Shown in pieces: positions 59,288-64,000 of a stretch of DNA of 64,000 bases. The position numbers and the translations under genes were made by a program. Every line of letters begins with the position of its first letter. Positions within the stretch are counted from its first letter, which is position 1. This DNA is from Candidatus Cloacimonadales bacterium. GTDB taxonomy: Bacteria > Cloacimonadota > Cloacimonadia > Cloacimonadales > JAIOQZ01. Location of the stretch: the NCBI GenBank assembly GCA_963674825.1, contig OY771587.1, forward strand, positions 1,920,001-1,984,000, given 5' to 3'. The notes beneath the pieces are model-generated. The model saw nothing but the letters and a program-made list of their open reading frames with translations. It was not told the DNA's origin and searched no databases.

Positions 59288-60172
59288 ATGAAACGACATG
59301 CGCTACTATTTCTATTGATACTCAGTATCTCGATGACGCTCTTCGCCGAAACGACGACAATCGAACCCAGCGACGACATGTACTCCGACGCCGAAAATCC
59401 CGGCGTCAGCCCAACCATCACCCAGCTCTGGACCGCGAACTACTCAGCCGCAGGGCATTTCGAGCGAATCATGATCCGTTTCGATCTGAGTGATTACGCC
59501 GATGTCGAACTCCAGTCCGCGACGCTGAATCTAAGGCGCTTCTTCAGCTGCCCTTCCAGCGGTACAACCGCGACAACATTCTACGCGATCGACCAGCAAT
59601 GGGACGAAGAGACTTGGGATCATACGCAGCATATCGCTTACAACAGCGAAATATCGATGCCGTACGTCTTCAGCGGCACGGGCGGCAATGCAAACGTCGA
59701 TTTCAATATCGATATAACCGATTTCCTCAACAATTGGATCGAAGGAAACATCGAAAATTACGGGTTCGTGATCATTGCGAACAGCGGACAGAAACTTTCC
59801 GAGTTCTACTCCAAGGAACATGCAAACGCAGATTACCATCCATCCTTAACACTGACCTGGCAGGGTAACGTCAACCACGAAGAAGGGATTGCTCCCTACG
59901 GAGTCACTGCCATGAACTTCCCAAATCCCTTTAATCCGGAAACCACCATCGCCTACACCATTCCACAAGACTCCTTCGTAACCGTCGATATCTTCGACGC
60001 GCGCGGACGCCTTATCTATGCTATCTCCAAAGGTTATCAAGCTCAGGGACTACACCAGATAACCTGGAATGGCGTCGATGAATCGGGCAAAGACGTGGCA
60101 AGCGGCGTTTATTACTATCGGATCTCTACGAATCGCGGCACGATGACAAGACCGATGGTCCTAATAAAATAG
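59288..60172 (+). CDS. Secreted protein: DNRLRE/CBM96-like domain plus FlgD-type CTD
   Basis: IRFDLS, SATLNL, W.E.TW, ENYGF, FYSKE...PSL; NFPNPFNP...MVLIK. Confidence 0.8.
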   Translation: MKRHALLFLLILSISMTLFAETTTIEPSDDMYSDAENPGVSPTITQLWTANYSAAGHFERIMIRFDLSDYADVELQSATLNLRRFFSCPSSGTTATTFYAIDQQWDEETWDHTQHIAYNSEISMPYVFSGTGGNANVDFNIDITDFLNNWIEGNIENYGFVIIANSGQKLSEFYSKEHANADYHPSLTLTWQGNVNHEEGIAPYGVTAMNFPNPFNPETTIAYTIPQDSFVTVDIFDARGRLIYAISKGYQAQGLHQITWNGVDESGKDVASGVYYYRISTNRGTMTRPMVLIK

Positions 60173-60196
60173 TGTCACGGATCCTCTGCAAAAACA

Positions 60197-60226
60197 AATC
60201 CCTCCTCGTGCAACCGGGGAGGGATT
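60197..60226 (+). terminator. Probable terminator of the feo operon
   Basis: AATCCCTCCTCG/CGGGGAGGGATT stem. Confidence 0.65.
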
Positions 60227-60312
60227 GATTACAGATAGATTATCAGTGTTACGTAAGCGACGGCAGTTAATCGATCACCCTATCGAAATCGTCGCAGGTA
60301 TCTTTGGGTTGC

Positions 60313-60432
60313 TTTGATATCCCGGTGACCCAGTAGCTCCTCAGTCACAAAGACATCGCCACCACCCAGGTCTATGCCAAGCTCGTCGATAAGAAACGCG
60401 ATGAAGCCATCGATAAGCTGCCGGAGTTGTGA
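60313..60432 (+). pseudogene. C-terminal remnant of a tyrosine integrase
   Basis: DIPVTQ*LLSHKDIATTQVYAKLVDKKRDEAIDKLP (LGH..I.TTQ.Y box II) with an internal stop. Confidence 0.8.
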
Positions 60433-60459
60433 ATTATCTCCATCCCTTGCTCGGACAGA

Positions 60460-62244
60460 TTACTCATTCAAGCTGAATAATCTCAACGCCTCTTCAGTTA
60501 GCTCTGCGGTTCGCTTATCGATATCCTCAATGCTCCAGTGATCAGCTTGAGCTAAATTACGGTTTAACCATAAGCCATTCCTATATCCAACGTAATCATG
60601 ATTTCGATTTTGCTTATCGCGCTTATCAATGAATCCCATGTTCCCGAGAGCACTATTATATCCCGAAAGGGATAAGTTTCCCAATTTATGTGTAAATGAT
60701 TGCTGTAGCTCTAAAGCTTGCTCACGCGATTCGGCAGCGAGCATTTCTAACCATATTGTTGGCAGATTTTCACCCTGAGGTAAAATATGTTCAATTGACC
60801 AAACGAATTTCTTTTTCACTTTCTCCCACAAGTTCCGAGTAGTCTCACGTGTCATATGATCCTCTTCGATTGAGCAAAGAATAAATCGTGTTACATCAAC
60901 ATTATCTTGATATATCTGCCCTTGAAGCCTTTCCCGGAATGTGTTATCCGAAGCTGAAACATTGATCAAGACGCTTTCAATCTTCTCTCTAACTTGTCGT
61001 CCCCTAAGTGTTGAGACCTCATTGACAACTGACATAAATAGGCGAATTAAATCTCGCGTTGGAGGTGTATCAGTTAGATTACGTCGAACAAAAAACCTTA
61101 TGAGAAACTCGACTATGATTCTGATGTCTTCGTCCTGAATGTCAAGGTTGGCTCTCTCTCTCAAAAGATATAGCAATAAAAGATATGATGGAGCACCCTT
61201 TATTCTCTCCAATTTGCACAAGGGAGTTTTCAAAATATCATCTTGGTCATCTTCGTCTTGAACAAGTATTCTAGAGTAAATTCTTCCGGCATTTCGAAGA
61301 CCTTCAAAAAAAGCCTCGGCATCGTTATCAATCAGCCGTTCATATACCTGAATGAGATTAGACCTTGTTGCAATCGGCACTTGTTGAACATCCAGAAGTT
61401 CATTCTTGAAGGCATTATAGTACTGTCTGAAAAACCGCTCCTGAGTAGTATAGTCATCACTGATTAGAGTAAGAAGTTGATTCCAATTGTTGTAGGTGAC
61501 GCTATTTGCACTCTCGTCTTCACTCTCAAGACTTGCCAGAAGCTTATTTTTGATGATATCTATTGCTGTCAGCGGTATTCCGCGATTATTGAGTGACTCA
61601 AAAAGAAGGTAAGCATCAGAGCTGCTTGAAACCTCGATTTTTATCATACACGCTTGATTAAGCTTATGAATAAAGTCTTCAAGAATGTTTATTTCTCCAT
61701 TGTGTTGCTCGATCAGCCTTTTTAGTAAATAGCGGAAAAATTTAAATGCTCTATAGATTCTCCTATTGCCTGCAAATGTTGGTGAGCTATAGCCATCCAA
61801 AATGCCGATTTCTGAAAGTAAACCTCGGTAATCATCCAAATTTCTATTCTGAATCTGTGGATTTACTCTTAGAAGATTCTGCCTGCTATAAAGAATAATG
61901 CGAGGTAAATCTACCAATGCACTTTGAAGCTGAACACCAAGCACACTTTCAGCGGTGTGTAACACATTATAAATAGCTGAGTATAACAATGAGATAGTCA
62001 AAAGTCTTTGTTGTCCATCAACAACTTCAAGCTCATTTACAGAATATGCATCACGATGGTTACTAATACAAATTATAGATCCAAGGAAGTAACCAGGCTC
62101 ATTATCAAGAATATCATCAAAAAGACTCTCCCATTGAGCATATTTCCACGCATACTCTCTTTGATACCGTGGCACCTTGTATATCACTCCTGCACTTACT
62201 CCAAATAAAACAGATACAGGATAATTTGCTGCTGAGCTAATCAT
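60460..62244 (-). CDS. DUF262-DUF1524 (GmrSD-type) modification-dependent restriction endonuclease
   Basis: VPRYQREYAW, VVDGQQRLLT, FESLNNRG, SIEHILPQ, LGNL.L...N; AT-rich; RBS AGGAGG. Confidence 0.9.
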   Translation of the reverse strand: MISSAANYPVSVLFGVSAGVIYKVPRYQREYAWKYAQWESLFDDILDNEPGYFLGSIICISNHRDAYSVNELEVVDGQQRLLTISLLYSAIYNVLHTAESVLGVQLQSALVDLPRIILYSRQNLLRVNPQIQNRNLDDYRGLLSEIGILDGYSSPTFAGNRRIYRAFKFFRYLLKRLIEQHNGEINILEDFIHKLNQACMIKIEVSSSSDAYLLFESLNNRGIPLTAIDIIKNKLLASLESEDESANSVTYNNWNQLLTLISDDYTTQERFFRQYYNAFKNELLDVQQVPIATRSNLIQVYERLIDNDAEAFFEGLRNAGRIYSRILVQDEDDQDDILKTPLCKLERIKGAPSYLLLLYLLRERANLDIQDEDIRIIVEFLIRFFVRRNLTDTPPTRDLIRLFMSVVNEVSTLRGRQVREKIESVLINVSASDNTFRERLQGQIYQDNVDVTRFILCSIEEDHMTRETTRNLWEKVKKKFVWSIEHILPQGENLPTIWLEMLAAESREQALELQQSFTHKLGNLSLSGYNSALGNMGFIDKRDKQNRNHDYVGYRNGLWLNRNLAQADHWSIEDIDKRTAELTEEALRLFSLNE

Positions 62245-62742
62245 GTTTCTTCCTCCTACGATACCATTTATCCCATCCCACACGTCCGCTTAAACATGTC
62301 AACTTATAAATATTATTTATAAACTTATATTCCCGTTACGTGTATCAGTCCCTTCTGGAGCATCTCAATCATCATTTTCACGATGTCTTTCAACGATTTG
62401 GTCGAATTCATTACTGCATTTTATCTACGGCAGTTATTCGAAATTCTCGAATAACTGAATCATCTGATAATTCTCCAATTGTGAATATCCTCTTCAAATG
62501 ATATTAGTTCATTGCGTCTTTATTACCGGCACGAAAAAATTTCTGTATTCTCAAATCGTAATATATGCCTCGAGAACTCCGTGGCCGCAATCCATCCCAC
62601 ACCCACGCTTCTAAACCATTCTTGCCGTTTCTAACGATTAGGTCACCATCGAAAACCATTGACACAATCGATCAACGAACTCATCCTATCTCCAGAAGCG
62701 CATCGGGGTATCATCACCAGAGCGGTGCGTGGAATGTAGGCG

Positions 62743-62950
62743 ATGGGCGACATCACCTACATCCGCCTGCGGCGCGGGTTCGCCTACCTTTCGCTGACCT
62801 CGGATCAGTACTCGGATGCAATCCTGGGATATTCGCTACTACCCGACTTGCGCACGCATGGTCCCGCGCTTTCGCTGCAACAGGCAATTAAGACGCTCCG
62901 CATTGCAGATCGCATGTAGTAACCCTCAGCGGCAAGGGTGGCCCAAGTAT
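62743..62950 (+). mobile_element. Degenerate IS3-family transposase fragment
   Basis: GDITYIRLRRGFAYLSLTSDQYSDAILGY (rve core), then a stop and an eroded HSDxGxQY-like segment. Confidence 0.75.
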
Positions 62951-64000
62951 ACATGATGATGATGAATGTGAATTACTTCCTCTATACTACAATTGCTATC
63001 AAATTGATACGTCAGTAATACGCCTCGGCCTTCTTAAGCTCGATCATGCAATTGATGGCAATGCCGGTGATAATGGTCGGTATGTCGACATCACTGGTGA
63101 TTATACGATGGGCGGTCTAGCACCGTATAAAACAAACGAATGCAACATAAACGCAATCTTCGGATGTGAAAGCGGTTGGTTACGAAGCTGGGACCACCAT
63201 TTGCCATCCGAATATGTTGATTACCCATACAAACTTGACCTGAGTGAGCCAGTTATCTCAAACACCAGCCATAATAAGTTCCGCGCAGATGTCACCAATA
63301 ATGTCAATTATAACTGGGCTGAAAATAATTTGGTTAGTATCGTGGATATTCCTGAGAATACCACAATTGAAGCAGTCTTCGCAAACGGTTACATGAGAGA
63401 TCAAGACATTGATCCCGAGGAATCCATCGTTTCCGTCAATTTTGAAAGGCTCCAAGCACATCCAAATTACACCATCGGTTTTCGATATCATGGCATTGAC
63501 AATATACCACACACCATGAAAATCAATCATGTTAGCATCTTGGAACAAACTCCCGTGGTTATACCGTTTGACATGTCGTTAGATATTGGCCCAGGAGAGT
63601 CATATACAATAGACGATAATGATGCTTGTTACACAAGCATCACAATTCGCAACGGCGGCACATTGTTTGTCGATGCATCGAACGTCTTTACTGAGCAGCT
63701 CGTGCTGTACAATGGATCGGAGCTGAATATGCAAGATAATTCCGATCTTGACGCTTATAAGTGCGAATGCATCAATGAAGAAACGTTCCTTGATGCTGCC
63801 GTTATCAATACCGAAGGTGACGGGGACCTGGATATTGAATCGGTAATGATTTTCGGATCCGACCAAGAGACCAACCCCGCCTGTTGTGAATTATACGGCA
63901 ATAATCAGAACAACATGACAATCTACAGGCTCTATATGGGTGAAGATGATAGGTTCGAAATCCTTGAAACAAATAACCCCACCGGCTCTGAAGCCTCTTT
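62892..64000 (+). CDS. Long open frame running off the window end; probably a 5'-truncated extracellular protein
   Basis: No stop from 62892 to 64000 (first ATG 63108); acidic, Asn-rich, beta-strand pattern; no signal peptide seen. Confidence 0.55.

Noticed and set aside
62565..62891. 108-aa ORF in the track
   Set aside because: Off-frame reading of the IS3 remnant

Overview
Bacterial chromosome segment from a diderm anaerobe, most likely Candidatus Cloacimonadota (FCB group). This is inferred from six proteins with a C-terminal PNP(FNP)/FlgD-like sorting domain, a SprA-like translocon and a PorV-like gene, and a 7/5-fold tRNA-Sec. Core content: partial class III ribonucleotide reductase nrdD; two tandem gingipain-like C25 proteases (one Rgp-type, one Kgp-type); yqgF-mltG-antiporter operon; potABC; TetR/MMPL/LolA-like cluster; a sigma54-driven flagellar operon (flgI, flgJ-SLT, flgN, flgK, csrA, flgL, fliW); ruvB-coaX-sprA; selC/selB; tRNA-Arg. 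After tRNA-Arg lies a decayed mosaic island: a cas6e fragment plus one type I-E repeat, a DtxR-boxed feo operon extended by a porin and a secreted protein, an integrase relic, a GmrSD-type nuclease and an IS3 relic. The most interesting unannotated signals are: four sigma54 promoter motifs; a candidate sigma54-driven sRNA at 2337-2543; a ~300-nt flagellar leader with three stem-loops sharing a 14-nt motif; a T9SS-like machinery with FlgD-type cargo; and two sensors ending in a HisKA-like domain with no ATPase domain. All calls come from reading the sequence; no searches were run.
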